From a virus (lineage: Duplodnaviria > Caudoviricetes), in IMG/VR virus record IMGVR_UViG_3300021440_000022, positions 382-64,381 of that record: DNA of 64,000 nt. One strand, written 5' to 3'. Both the position numbers and the translations under genes were made by a program. Below the pieces are notes generated by a model that searched no databases, had not been told where the DNA came from, and saw only the letters and a list, made by a program, of their open reading frames with translations. Each line of letters begins with the position of its first letter. Position 1 is the stretch's first letter. Shown here piece by piece: positions 48,403 to 59,208 of the stretch.

Positions 48403-48890
48403 GCGTGACCTGCAACCACTGCGCCGCCGAGGCGACCCTGGTCAACGGCCAGGACCTCTACGGGTCCGCCGCGCTCCAGCACAAGCTATTCTGGCAGTGC
48501 CAGATCTGCAGCGCCTACGTCGGCTGCCACCCGCCGGCCAGGGCGAACGGCAAGGGCGGGCAGGGCGATGGCACGGTGCCGCTGGGCACGCTGGCCAACC
48601 CCACCGAGCGCCGGGCCCGCAGCCGCGCCCATGCTGCCTTCGACAGCCTGTGGCAGCCCGGCGGCCCGATGACGCGCAAGGAGGCCTACGCGTGGCTGGC
48701 CGGCCGGCTCGGGCTCCGCGCCGACGACTGCCACATCGGCATGTTCGACCCGCAGTCCTGCGAGCGCGTGTGCACCGAGGTCGCTGAGTACTTCAGGCGG
48801 CTGCGCGGCGGCCGCGTTCACACAGTGCCGCCCGGCACGCTATCCGCCGCCACCCGGGCGGGACAACCTCACGCAAGGAGAAACCGGTGA
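48399..48890 (+). CDS. DUF3268-like zinc-finger protein
   Basis: CxxC..CxxC.AYVGCH...PLGTLA...H.AFD.LW...AY.WLA...CHIGMFD...C. Confidence 0.8.
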   Translation: MSVTCNHCAAEATLVNGQDLYGSAALQHKLFWQCQICSAYVGCHPPARANGKGGQGDGTVPLGTLANPTERRARSRAHAAFDSLWQPGGPMTRKEAYAWLAGRLGLRADDCHIGMFDPQSCERVCTEVAEYFRRLRGGRVHTVPPGTLSAATRAGQPHARRNR

Positions 48891-49828
48891 CCACCACCAC
48901 AAAGACCGAACAGCATGAGACCGCCGCCATGCGCCGCGGCACCGAGCAGGAAGCCCTGGCGCGCCAGCACTACGAAGGCGCCACCTCTGGCCCAGCCACC
49001 CCGACGTACAACCCGGTGCTGCAGGAGACCGAGCGGCACGCCATTGCCACGGCCCCTCACCCCCCTGTGCAGGTCATGCCGGCCCAGCAGCAGACGCCGG
49101 CCACGTGGGTGGACAACGCCATCCGCCAGGGCGTCCCGCCCGACCAGCTGCGCATGCTGATGGACCTGTGGAAGGAGTGGAAGGCCGAACTGCGGCGCGA
49201 GGCCTTCGCCGCGGCCGTGGCTGCCTTCCACGCCACCAACCCCGTGGTGGTGAAGGACAAGCGCAACGACCAGTACGGCAGCTACTACACCACGCTCGGG
49301 AACCTGGTGCAGAGCGTGAGCCAGGAGCTGGGCCGGCAGGGCCTGTCCGTGTCCTGGGACCCCGACAACACCGCCGAAGAGGGCTGGGTCACGATCACGT
49401 GCACGCTCCAGCACGCAGCCGGCTACTCGAAGACGACGTCGGTGCGGCTCCCGAACGACGAGTCCGGGAAGAAAAACCCGCTGCAGGAGATCAAGTCCGC
49501 GATCACCTACGGCCGGGCCCTGACGTTCGAGAACGTGCTCGGCCTGGCCGCCATCGCCGAGGCCAACCTTGACGATGACGGCAACGCCGCGGGCGTGCCG
49601 CGTGGCGAGGCCGGCGGTCGCCAGCGCCAGGGTGGTGGTGACAACGCCGGCAAGGAGAAGCTGCTGGATGCCGGCCGCAACAAGGCGCTGGAGGGCATGA
49701 CGGCGCTGACGAAGTGGTGGTCGCTGCTGAGCAGCCCCGAGCGCTCCCTCATCACCCCCGACTTCGCGCACATGAAGAAGGCGGCCCGCATTGCCGACGA
49801 AGAGAAAGAGCGCGGAGGTGCGGCATGA
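48887..49828 (+). CDS. ERF-family single-strand annealing protein
   Basis: L.H..G......P......KNP.Q...SAITYGR......GLA....DDDGN. Confidence 0.85.
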   Translation: MTTTTKTEQHETAAMRRGTEQEALARQHYEGATSGPATPTYNPVLQETERHAIATAPHPPVQVMPAQQQTPATWVDNAIRQGVPPDQLRMLMDLWKEWKAELRREAFAAAVAAFHATNPVVVKDKRNDQYGSYYTTLGNLVQSVSQELGRQGLSVSWDPDNTAEEGWVTITCTLQHAAGYSKTTSVRLPNDESGKKNPLQEIKSAITYGRALTFENVLGLAAIAEANLDDDGNAAGVPRGEAGGRQRQGGGDNAGKEKLLDAGRNKALEGMTALTKWWSLLSSPERSLITPDFAHMKKAARIADEEKERGGAA

Positions 49829-50610
49829 GCCACCCAACCAAGGCGACTTACGTCTACAAGCCCTGCGAGCAGGGCAGCGAGGTCTGGCACAGCCTGCGCG
49901 CCGGCGCCTGCACGGCCAGCCGGTTCACTATCGCCCGCCAGCGCATGAAGCGGTCCGCTGGCGGCCGCGACGTCGGCGCCCCCACGGCTGCGTGCGAGCA
50001 GTACGCGTGGCTGCTGGCGCTGGAGCGCATCGCCGGCAAAGCCCTCTCGGACCCGTTCGAGACCTACGCCATGCGCCGCGGCCGCGAAGAAGAGCAGCCC
50101 GGGCGCGAGCTGTACGAGTGCCGCACGGGCATGGTCATACAGGCCCAGGGGCTGGCCCTCACCATCGACGGCCGGTTCGGCTACAGCACCGACGGCCGGG
50201 TCTACGACCAGCCGGGCCTTGTGGAGATCAAAACGCCGATGGCCCCCGAGAAGGTTGGTGGCGTGTGGGTTGACCCGAAGCCGTTCCTGGACGAGCACAT
50301 CGACCAGTGCGACGGCGGCCTCATGATCACCGGCCACGACTGGATCGACCTGGTGGTCTACACGCCTTGGCTTGCAGCCATCGGCAAGGACCTGTTCGTG
50401 CACCGGTTCATGCGCAACGACGCCCGTATCAAGGCGTTGAAGTCCGACCTGGAGGAGTTCTGGGAACTGACATCCAGCTACGAGCGGGCCCTGCGCGCAG
50501 GGTCAGCCGAACCGGCGCCGAAGCCACCGCCTGCAGCGGCGCCAGCCCCGGCGCCGATCATCAACATCCCCAGCACCGCCCCCGGTGCGCTGCCCGAAAC
50601 CCTCTTCTGA
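49825..50610 (+). CDS. YqaJ/lambda-exonuclease-like recombination nuclease
   Basis: EQGS..W...R.G..TASRF, M.RG..EE, G.STDG, GLVEIK.P. Confidence 0.9.
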   Translation: MSHPTKATYVYKPCEQGSEVWHSLRAGACTASRFTIARQRMKRSAGGRDVGAPTAACEQYAWLLALERIAGKALSDPFETYAMRRGREEEQPGRELYECRTGMVIQAQGLALTIDGRFGYSTDGRVYDQPGLVEIKTPMAPEKVGGVWVDPKPFLDEHIDQCDGGLMITGHDWIDLVVYTPWLAAIGKDLFVHRFMRNDARIKALKSDLEEFWELTSSYERALRAGSAEPAPKPPPAAAPAPAPIINIPSTAPGALPETLF

Positions 50611-50620
50611 GAGCAACCAC

Positions 50621-51877
50621 ATGAGCGAGAAAGACACCATCAAGACCGACGCCGACGCCATGGCGTCCAGCCTGGCCACCGTGCAGACCGCGGTCGCCGG
50701 CTTTGACATCATCGCGGCCGGCATGGTCGCGCTGGCCAAGGCCCATCCCGTTGACGTGGTCGCCGACGCATCGACCAAGGAGGGCATGCAGATCCTGAAG
50801 GACGGCTACAGCGCCTACCGGAACCCCCGCCTGGAGTTGGAGCGCAGGCGCAAGGAGGCCAAGGCGCCCGTCGTGGCCTTGGGCAAGAACATCGACGCCT
50901 TCGCCGGGCAGCTGGAGAACCAGCTCCGGGTCGGCGAGAACCACTACGGCGGCCAGATTGAGGCCTACAAGGCCGAGCAGGCGCGCAAAGCCGAGGAAGC
51001 GCGCCTGGCCGAGGAGCAACGCCGGGAGAAGCACGAGAAGGCGCTGGCCGTGATCCGGTCCTACTCGGCCATGGCCACGGGGCTGCCGTCGGCGCGAATC
51101 GCCAACGGCATCGCCAAGCTGGAGGCGATGCGGTTCGGCGCCGAGTGGGAGGAGTATGCGTCCCGGGCCGTGATCGCCCAGACGGAGACGCTGGTGCAGT
51201 TGCGGACCATGCTGGACCAGGCCAAGGCCGCTGAAGCGGCTGCAGAGGCCGAACGCATCCGCCAGGAGGAAGAGGACCGCAAGCGCGAGCAAGAGCGGCA
51301 GGACAACGAGCGCAAAGCCGCCGAACTGAAGGCCGCGGCCGACGCCCTAGCCGCCCAGATGGCTGACCTGAAACGCCGAGAGCAGGAGTTCGATGCCCTG
51401 CGCGAGGCCGTGCAGCAGACCGATCCGGCGGCCGAGGACAAGGACGCGAACAAGGCCTTCGATGTGTCAGAGGCGCAGGCAGATGCCGCGAGGAACACCC
51501 TGGACGCCAAACTCTCTGAGACGCCTGCGAGCATGCTCACGCCATCCCAGCTCGCGAGCGTGCGCCCGATGGGCCGGCCGCTCCTTGAGCCGCCGGCCGT
51601 GCACATGCTGGCCACCGACGGCGACAAGGCCAGCCAGCACCAGCAGGTGCGCCTTTCCGTGGTGCCGAAGGCGCCAGAGGAGCCGACGGTGAAGCTTGGC
51701 GAGATCAACGCGCTGATGGGCGAAGGCTTCGCGATGACTGAGGCCTTCGTCACGAAGACGCTGGGCATCGCCAAGCCGACGCCGCCGGCCGGCTCGCGTG
51801 GCGTGCTGTTCCTGCCGTCGCAGGTGCACGAGATCCTGACGGCCCTGGCCGAGCGCGCGCTTTCTTCGAGGCCGTGA
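50621..51877 (+). CDS. Coiled-coil recombination-associated protein (DUF1351-like)
   Basis: LERRRKEAKAP....GK.IDA; follows the ERF/YqaJ pair. Confidence 0.6.
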   Translation: MSEKDTIKTDADAMASSLATVQTAVAGFDIIAAGMVALAKAHPVDVVADASTKEGMQILKDGYSAYRNPRLELERRRKEAKAPVVALGKNIDAFAGQLENQLRVGENHYGGQIEAYKAEQARKAEEARLAEEQRREKHEKALAVIRSYSAMATGLPSARIANGIAKLEAMRFGAEWEEYASRAVIAQTETLVQLRTMLDQAKAAEAAAEAERIRQEEEDRKREQERQDNERKAAELKAAADALAAQMADLKRREQEFDALREAVQQTDPAAEDKDANKAFDVSEAQADAARNTLDAKLSETPASMLTPSQLASVRPMGRPLLEPPAVHMLATDGDKASQHQQVRLSVVPKAPEEPTVKLGEINALMGEGFAMTEAFVTKTLGIAKPTPPAGSRGVLFLPSQVHEILTALAERALSSRP

Positions 51878-52092
51878 GCCATGGCCGGTTTGAAGCCATT
51901 CATGAGCGGGCACTGCACGACGTGCCCTGAGTGCGGGGCCACGGGCGACTACGAACTGCTGGCCCAGCGCGTGCGCGAGATCCAGGAGGCCTGGGCCGCG
52001 GCTGGGCGCTATCCTGACACCATGGCCGACCGCGCAGCCATTGAGCACGCGATCGACCTGGCTGTGGCAGCCATCGGCAAGGAACCTGGTCC

Positions 52093-52560
52093 GTGAGGCG
52101 CAGCATGTTCAAACGCCTGATACCGGAGCGGAAGCGGTCTGTGCCGACACCTGGCACCGGCCGCGGCGTGCACGCGCGCAGCCCCGACACCGTCGTGGCT
52201 GTGCCCAAGGAGGACGTGCCGCGCTGCGAGGACTACCTGCGCTACGTGGCGAGCCTGCCCTGCTGGCTCTGCGGGGCCGAGGGGCGGTCCCAAGCCGCCC
52301 ATTCGGATGAGGGAAAGGGCGAGCGCATCAAGGCCGGCGACGATCGCGCGTTTGCCCTGTGCGCAGACCAGCTTGGCAAGCCCGGGTGCCACCACGCCAT
52401 GGGCACGGCCGGCACGTTCACGCGCGATGCCCGCCGGCGCCTTGAGCGCCAGGCCGTGGCCTACACGCAGCACGTGCTGATCGAGCGCTCGGCCGGCGAC
52501 CCGAAGCTGCGGGCGGTGCTGGTCAAGGTGCGGCTGCTGCCGCCGTTGGAGCCGGCATGA
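52093..52560 (+). CDS. DUF968-like HNH/Zn protein
   Basis: YL.YVA.LPC..CG.....AAH...........LC......CH. Confidence 0.65.
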   Translation: MRRSMFKRLIPERKRSVPTPGTGRGVHARSPDTVVAVPKEDVPRCEDYLRYVASLPCWLCGAEGRSQAAHSDEGKGERIKAGDDRAFALCADQLGKPGCHHAMGTAGTFTRDARRRLERQAVAYTQHVLIERSAGDPKLRAVLVKVRLLPPLEPA

Positions 52561-52952
52561 AGAAGCAGCTTCGGTGGCGGTACTACTGCGACCACTGTCG
52601 CAAGGCCGGTGGACAGGCCAAGGCGATGGAGAAGCACGAGGCCGTGTGCACCATGAACCCTGCCCGGGTTTGCGGCATGTGCAAGTTCGCCGACCTGGAG
52701 CAGGTGCCGCTGGCCGACCTGCAGGCGGCATGGCTTCGGCTGACGTTCGCGGAGGTCAGAGAGATGGCCGGCGGGTGTCCGGCCTGCATGCTGGCAGTGA
52801 TGCGACAGGACAACGAGCCACATCCTGACTACGACGACCGGGCCGCCTACGAAGACTACGAACGCCGCCACGCGAGCGAATTCGACTTCAAGCAGGCGGC
52901 GAAGGAATGGCTCAGCGAGTTCGGGCGACGCCGCTGTGAAGAAGGTTACTGA
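52557..52952 (+). CDS. Cys-rich hypothetical protein
   Basis: CDHC, HE..C, CGMC, CPAC. Confidence 0.6.
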   Translation: MKKQLRWRYYCDHCRKAGGQAKAMEKHEAVCTMNPARVCGMCKFADLEQVPLADLQAAWLRLTFAEVREMAGGCPACMLAVMRQDNEPHPDYDDRAAYEDYERRHASEFDFKQAAKEWLSEFGRRRCEEGY

Positions 52953-52955
52953 GCC

Positions 52956-53438
52956 ATGACAGAACACGACGCCTTCGTCCGCGTATTCGTGCTGGACTCC
53001 GAGCAGGCTTGCGCCCAGCTCTGGGCCGTGCTCAAGCAGCGCCACGAGATTGCCCAGTGGGGCCAGGTGCTGCAGGTTGTGGTGTCGAAGCGTTCGCCGA
53101 CGCGCCGGGCCGACCAGAACAGGAAAATGTGGAAGGCCTACTTGGAACCCATATCCCAGCAGGCGCGCGCGAACGGACATGCCATCCGCGCCGAGGACTG
53201 GCACCTGGTGCTCAAGGCCATGTTCCTGCCGGAGGTGTGCGCCAAGGGCATCCACAAGTGGACGTACAAGGACAACGGCGACCGCGAACTGACCATGTCC
53301 ACAGGCGACCTGAACGAAAACGAGTTCGAGGTGTACCTGCACGAGATCGGCAGCTACGCCACACACGACCTGGGGGTTCGCCTCCCAGCCAACCCCAGAG
53401 ACCTGCAAGGGTCGCAATACGAGGAACCTGAAGCATGA
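52956..53438 (+). CDS. ninB: NinB-family protein
   Basis: R..DQN.KMW...I..Q......EDWH..K..FL...ST.DL...EF..YL. Confidence 0.75.
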   Translation: MTEHDAFVRVFVLDSEQACAQLWAVLKQRHEIAQWGQVLQVVVSKRSPTRRADQNRKMWKAYLEPISQQARANGHAIRAEDWHLVLKAMFLPEVCAKGIHKWTYKDNGDRELTMSTGDLNENEFEVYLHEIGSYATHDLGVRLPANPRDLQGSQYEEPEA

Positions 53439-54385
53439 AACTGAAGCAGTTTGGACTGACCGTCTGGACCCCGGCGCGCTGCAAGCACGTGGCCAAGCGC
53501 GAGGAGAACCATGGCGACGACTTGGTGGACGCCATGACCATTCACTACGAGATCGAGTTCACGAACGACCGCCTCGACGACTGGTTCCCTGGCCTGCGCC
53601 ATGCCCTCTACATGGCCAAGAACACCACCAGCACAATCGACGGCGTGCCGGAGGTGACACCCGACAAGCGCACGGACCTGATTGAGTCGCCGCACCACCT
53701 CAAGACCGAGTGCGCCGGCTACATGCTCTACATGCGCCGCGGCGCCGGCCACTCGAAGCCGATGCAGGTTGAGTGGGCCGGCGTTGACGCCAAGGACTTC
53801 AAGCTGGACGCGAAGGCTGGCGGCCTGTGCAAGCTCGGTTTCAAGACCAACCTCTCCGGACTGGACCCGGAGACCATGGGCCGGCTCGCAAGCATGGGCG
53901 GCCGCGACGTGGAGATCATGTTCGTGCCGCCGAAGCTGCAGGAGGGGACGATGCCCGATGGGCACCAGCCGCCGAAGGGGAAGGTCAAGCCGACCTCTTC
54001 CAAGCAGATGCGGATCCCTGGCGCGGGCGACGGTGCCGAGCCGGTCGGCGGCGAACAGCCGGCCGGAGGAGCTCCAGAGACGCCGGCGGCCGAGATCAAC
54101 CCGTTCAAGTTCAGCGTGCGAGACGGCGAGATCATTGACAACAACCCAGGCGCCGGCAACCCGTTCGTCGTCGGTGACCCGCCCAGCGCCACGGAACTGT
54201 TCCTGGATGCGCATGCGCCCGAGATCGGCGAGTTTCCTGACGATGGCAGCGGCGACGCCGAGCCCGATGACGAAGGCGATGGCGAGGACGACGCGGCTGC
54301 AAGCACCGGCCTGGCCGACGACGTCGTGCCAGAGCGCTCGGTGAAGCGGGGGTCCGCCATTTCCGGCAAGAAGTCGAAGAAGTAG
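53435..54385 (+). CDS. Hypothetical protein with acidic tail
   Basis: 316-aa ORF with GAGGA RBS. Confidence 0.65.
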   Translation: MKLKQFGLTVWTPARCKHVAKREENHGDDLVDAMTIHYEIEFTNDRLDDWFPGLRHALYMAKNTTSTIDGVPEVTPDKRTDLIESPHHLKTECAGYMLYMRRGAGHSKPMQVEWAGVDAKDFKLDAKAGGLCKLGFKTNLSGLDPETMGRLASMGGRDVEIMFVPPKLQEGTMPDGHQPPKGKVKPTSSKQMRIPGAGDGAEPVGGEQPAGGAPETPAAEINPFKFSVRDGEIIDNNPGAGNPFVVGDPPSATELFLDAHAPEIGEFPDDGSGDAEPDDEGDGEDDAAASTGLADDVVPERSVKRGSAISGKKSKK

Positions 54386-54446
54386 CACCTACGACGGGCA
54401 AGCCACCGGCCCACCACGGTGGCGAACACAGCAAGGAGAGAACAGC

Positions 54447-54728
54447 ATGATTCCACCAACAGTTGGCCGCCGCGTGTGGTACTGGCCCAAGAAGGACGAG
54501 AAGGTCAAGTCCGACCACGAGCAACCGTTCGATGCCGGCATCGTCCACGTCAACGGCGACGGCACCGTGAACCTGGACGTGAAGAACGAATACGGGTACC
54601 CGCTGACTGGCAAGCACCACATCACGCTGGTCGAGAGCCCGGACAAGGCCGTGCCTGGGCAAGCCAGCTGGATGCCATACCAGGTCGGCCAGGCCAAGCA
54701 GCCCCAGACCACCCAGATCATCCCCTGA
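54447..54728 (+). CDS. Small SH3-like conserved phage protein
   Basis: PTVGR.VWYWP...WMPYQ.GQA. Confidence 0.7.
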   Translation: MIPPTVGRRVWYWPKKDEKVKSDHEQPFDAGIVHVNGDGTVNLDVKNEYGYPLTGKHHITLVESPDKAVPGQASWMPYQVGQAKQPQTTQIIP

Positions 54729-54765
54729 CCACACCAATTCCAAACCACCACCACTGGACACCACC

Positions 54766-55053
54766 ATGCCCGCATCCACCATCCCACTGACCCTCACGCC
54801 CGAATCCTCGCAACTGCACGGCTACGGCTACGACCCCAAAACCCAGACGCTGGCGCTGGAGTTCAACAGCAACCACGCCACGAAGACCTATCACTACCCG
54901 GGCTTCACGCCCGAGCAGTTCGAGGCGCTGAAGAACGCCGCGGCCGAGTCAATCGGCAGCCACTTCTACAAGCACATCAAGAAGCAATGGGAGGGCAAGT
55001 TCCAGATCCTCTACAAGGACGTGGCCACCGACCACGACCCGCTGGAAAGCTGA
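54766..55053 (+). CDS. KTSC-domain protein
   Basis: SS....GYD...TL.LEF......Y.Y.......SIGS.F..HIK. Confidence 0.8.
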   Translation: MPASTIPLTLTPESSQLHGYGYDPKTQTLALEFNSNHATKTYHYPGFTPEQFEALKNAAAESIGSHFYKHIKKQWEGKFQILYKDVATDHDPLES

Positions 55054-55065
55054 AGCTGCGCCGGC

Positions 55066-56607
55066 GTGATTCAGCTCGAACCCACCAGCGCCGCACCGTG
55101 GGCGCGCGAGATGATCGCCGAGGAGGCCGTGCGCATGCGCGGCCTCGAAGGCAACGCCCGCAAGTACGCGGCCAAGCACGCCGTGGCTCGCCAGGCGTCC
55201 ACCTACGTCGCCGAGGCCTATGCAGAAGCAGCGATCCTGCTGGAGAAGCGTCTGGCCGGCATCAACCCAGTGAGCACCGTGTGACAACACCGACCCACAC
55301 CCATACCCTCGCTGTCATGGCGGTCAGCCAGGCCGCCTTCATGGAGATCCACGCCAACCTGCTTGGCGCTGGCTATGAGCACGCGATTGCCAAGGAAGCC
55401 GACGGCACGGACATGCTGGACATGACCGGCATCGGCCTTGTTCCCAACGACAACAGTGGGCCCGCGCACGCCGAGCACATGGACGCCGGCGACTGCCCGA
55501 TACCGCCCGGGCTCATCGGCACCGTGACCGGACGCGACTGGCTGCTGCGCGAGGCCGTGCGCGTCATGCAGGCAGCGCAGGACCTGGGCTTCGTACTCAC
55601 CATCGACCTGGTGCCGCGACGGCCGCTGGCGATGGGCAACTACGAGGCGCTGGCGACCGTACGGCCAGCGCGCGGACCGCGTGGCGACTACGAGCCGCCG
55701 GTGCCAGATGGTTTCGACCCAGATTCCTACGACTGGAGGAAGGCCAGCGCCGATGCGCAGCCGCTCCACGAGGTCCAGTCGGTGCTCACCTGCCACGCTG
55801 CGAAGGACGACCTGGTATGAGCTACGTGCCTGAACCAAGCTCCGTGGCCGCTCGTGTTATCGCACTCCTGAGAGCGAAACCTCCTGGCGCGCTGATTACC
55901 AATGCCGAGCTTTCCCACCAGCTCGGCGTCCCAGCTTCTTCATTCGCCGGCTGTCTCACGTCGGCCGTGAACGCTGGCCTCGTGCACAAGCGCTGGCACG
56001 ACATCGCCGGCGGCCGCAGCACTATCTGCTGGGTCCTGGGCCCGCGGGTGGTGGAGCCTGTGGGGCTGCCTCAAGATGTGCCGCAGGACCACTCCCCTGC
56101 GCCAGCAGCTGAACCAGCCGTGACCGCCATTGCCACCAATGGCGGCGAGCCTGACCCAGTGACCGTTGAGATCAAGTCAATTCTTGACCAGCAGGAGGCG
56201 ACAGCACCGGCGCCGGCAGGTGCGCCAGAGTCTTTCGCCTGCGCGCTCTTCAACGACGGCCGCCTCTACCTCGAACTCGGCGACGAAACGATGACGCTGC
56301 AGGTAGAGCACACGCGCGCCCTTCTCGCCTACCTCGAACGCGTGGCGATGCCGTGAAGAAGCCGCCGCCGGCCGCATGGTCCATGCAGAAGCTGCGCGTC
56401 AGCTTTGGCACCGTGCCGGAGGCGCTCTCGTTCATCGTGCTGCCGCAGTGCAGGCGCGCGAACAGTGGCCAGGTTTGGCAGGTGATGAGGGTCCGCGGCC
56501 GCACGCTGCACTGCATGGTGATGCCGCCGGACCACGACTACAGCAAGGAGCCCGCAGACACCGTCTACCTGTGGTGGGAGTGGGCGACACGGAAAAGGAG
56601 GCCATGA
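55066..56607 (+). other. Four coupled hypothetical ORFs (55066-55284, 55281-55820, 55817-56356 wHTH-like, 56353-56607)
   Basis: Overlapping start/stop codons; GC-rich codon usage. Confidence 0.6.
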
Positions 56608-57581
56608 TGGCCGTCAAAACCAGAATCGAATGGTGCGACAGCACTGCCAACTACTGGCGCGGCTGCACCGAGGTGTCCAAGGAGGAAAGTGGCGGCGGCG
56701 GCTGCGACAACTGCTACGCCGAGTCCATGAACAACTGGCTCCACGGCGGCGAGAACTGGGGGCCCGGCGCGCCGCGGCACAAGTACGACACGACCTCGCG
56801 AATCGTGCGGTCCTGGCAGCGCCAGGCCAGCAGGTTCGCGCAAGAGCACGGCCGGCGGCGGCGCATCTTCGTCAACAGCACCGCCGACACCTTCGACAAC
56901 GAGGTGGAGCAGGCTTGGCGTGAGGAAATCTGGGACGACATCCGCGCGTGCCCGGACCTGCTGTTCATGGTCCTCACGAAGCGCATTGGCAACGCCCGTG
57001 GCATGCTCCCGGCCGACTGGGGGTGCGGCTACCCCAACGTCATGCTGCTGGCCACCGTGGTGAACCAGCGCGAGGTGGACCGCGACGTGCCGAAGCTGCT
57101 GGCCCTGCCAGCCAGGTGGCGCGGAATCAGCGTGGAGCCGCAGTTGGGGCCGATCGACCTGACCAGGGTGAACCCAGAGACGGCCGGCTGGAAAGAGCGC
57201 GAGAGGTATGGTGACGTGCTGCGTGGCGTCATGCTCGAACAAGAGCTGGTCGACAATCGCCGGTCAGCAGAGTGCCCGTTGGACGGCAAGTTGGACCTTG
57301 TCATCAACGGCGGCGAGAGCGGTCGCCGAGCCAGGCCATCGCACCCGGCGTGGTTCAGGTCACTGCGCGACCAGTGCGAGGAAGCCGGCACGGCCTACCT
57401 GCTGAAGCAGATTGGCGAGTGGGTTGCGCGCGAGGCGGTGGAAGACACCCGCGCCGACCCGCCGAAGTCGCTGGTCTACGTCGCCAAGCACGACATGACC
57501 TACCGCCGCGTCGGAAAGAACGCGGCCGGCCGCGCGCTGGACGGCCGCGAGCACATCGCATTCCCGAAGGATTTCAGATGA
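56604..57581 (+). CDS. Gp37/Gp68 (DUF5131) radical-SAM-like protein
   Basis: IEWCD.T.N...GC...S...GC.NCYAE, FVNS.AD.F, LTKR, S.EP.LGP, GGESG..ARP.HP.W.RSLRDQC. Confidence 0.9.
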   Translation: MMAVKTRIEWCDSTANYWRGCTEVSKEESGGGGCDNCYAESMNNWLHGGENWGPGAPRHKYDTTSRIVRSWQRQASRFAQEHGRRRRIFVNSTADTFDNEVEQAWREEIWDDIRACPDLLFMVLTKRIGNARGMLPADWGCGYPNVMLLATVVNQREVDRDVPKLLALPARWRGISVEPQLGPIDLTRVNPETAGWKERERYGDVLRGVMLEQELVDNRRSAECPLDGKLDLVINGGESGRRARPSHPAWFRSLRDQCEEAGTAYLLKQIGEWVAREAVEDTRADPPKSLVYVAKHDMTYRRVGKNAAGRALDGREHIAFPKDFR

Positions 57582-58615
57582 GCGCCGGCGGTGACGAGGA
57601 CCCACGGATGTGGGACTACTGGCGCAACAAGTACGGGCACGATGAGGCCCTGCGCCTGTACTACCCCAACACCATATCGGCCGCGCCTGAACTGCGCGTG
57701 TGGCTGCAGCAGCAGCTGGCTGCGCAGCAGGCGATCGACGCGCACATGGCCAAGCTGGCCGCCGAGGCCGAGCGCGCAAACCCGGATGGCAATGCCTCCG
57801 AATGGTGGACCAAATGACCAGCCTTGCACTTCTCATCGACCTCACGCCGCACCAGCCCATCGAATGCGCCATGTGCGGGGCCGTGGGCCCCTTCGACTGC
57901 GCCGTTCCCTACTACTGCGGGCCCGTGCTCGAAGGGCAGAGCCAGGGCGGCTACCGCTGCGTGTGCAGGACCTGCTATCGGAGGTGGGAGGACTGGAGCG
58001 AACGAATCACCCGCGAGCGGGCCCAGGCTGCCGCGCTCAGCTGGGACCAGTGGAAACCATCGAGGGATATTCAATGAGCAACAGCAGCAAGCCTGCGCCG
58101 CTACCAACGCGCCTGATGCGCGCTCGCACGCTCCTTCGTTCATGGAAGGTAGCCTGCCGAGACGGCAGCACTGAGAGGGCCGGGCCGAACAAAGGCACGA
58201 TCACAGACGCCCGGGTGCTACGCGAACTGGCGGACTTCGACGCTGCCATTCAGGCGGTCAATGAGGCCATCAAGCTCGCGCGCACGCCACAACTGGGACC
58301 GCCGGGCGTGCATGGCGGCCTCACCCAATGCGACATGCACGAGGACGAATCGAGATGATCACCAAGAGCCTTGACGTAGTGCTATCCACCCCTGGGATCT
58401 GGATAGCGGTGACCAACTGCCTCATGCTGATTGAGGTTGAGCCAGACGGTACCTGCCACCAACTCAACATGAGGAACATGGAGCGCGACGGCGAACTGAC
58501 CCGTGGCGGCTGGTGCATCAGCCCCTGGCTCCAGTTCGTCGGCCCGATTGGACGTGCTGGGCAGACCGCCGGCACGACTGGCGGCGCGTCGTCGCAAAGC
58601 AAAGGACCACTATGA
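57578..58615 (+). other. Four small coupled ORFs (57578-57817, 57814-58077, 58074-58358, 58355-58615)
   Basis: ATGA overlaps. Confidence 0.6.
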
Positions 58616-59208
58616 GCTACGAGAGCAAGCAGTCGATGCTGGAGCGCGGGAAGGATCTGGCCACCAGGTTCTGTCGGGCCAACGGAATCAATGCCCCCCA
58701 GGTCGAAGAGGTCCAGCAGGTTGACTGGCGCTTCGGCGCGTGCGCCTACTACCGAGCCAACGTGACAACGATCTGCGTGGCGAAATGCGCCGGAGCCGGC
58801 TACACGGGCATGCAGTGGTCTTTCCCAGGCTACACCGTGGACCGCACGCCGTATGGCGTCATCCAGCACGAACTCGGGCACCACGTGGATATGACCTTCA
58901 GTGACGCCAAGAGGCTTTATTACGGCGACTTCAGCCAGGGCATGCGCAAAACGTCTGGCGAAGACCCGATCACCACCTACTGCCCGAACGACGGCGAGTG
59001 GTTCGCGGAAATGTTCCGCGTCTTCGTCACCAACCCAGACCTGCTGCGGCTGTTGAGGCCGCGCACGCACGCGGCGCTGACCTTCTGCTTCAAGCCGGTG
59101 TTCGATGACACCTGGCGCGAGCGTTTGGCCGGAGCACCCGACCGCACCGTACTGGCTGCGCAGCGAAAGGTCGAAGCCGCGGCTCAGCGCCGCTTCAACG
59201 CTTCGTAG
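58612..59208 (+). CDS. Zincin-like metallopeptidase-domain protein
   Basis: IQHELGHHV...Y....EWFAEMF. Confidence 0.7.
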   Translation: MSYESKQSMLERGKDLATRFCRANGINAPQVEEVQQVDWRFGACAYYRANVTTICVAKCAGAGYTGMQWSFPGYTVDRTPYGVIQHELGHHVDMTFSDAKRLYYGDFSQGMRKTSGEDPITTYCPNDGEWFAEMFRVFVTNPDLLRLLRPRTHAALTFCFKPVFDDTWRERLAGAPDRTVLAAQRKVEAAAQRRFNAS

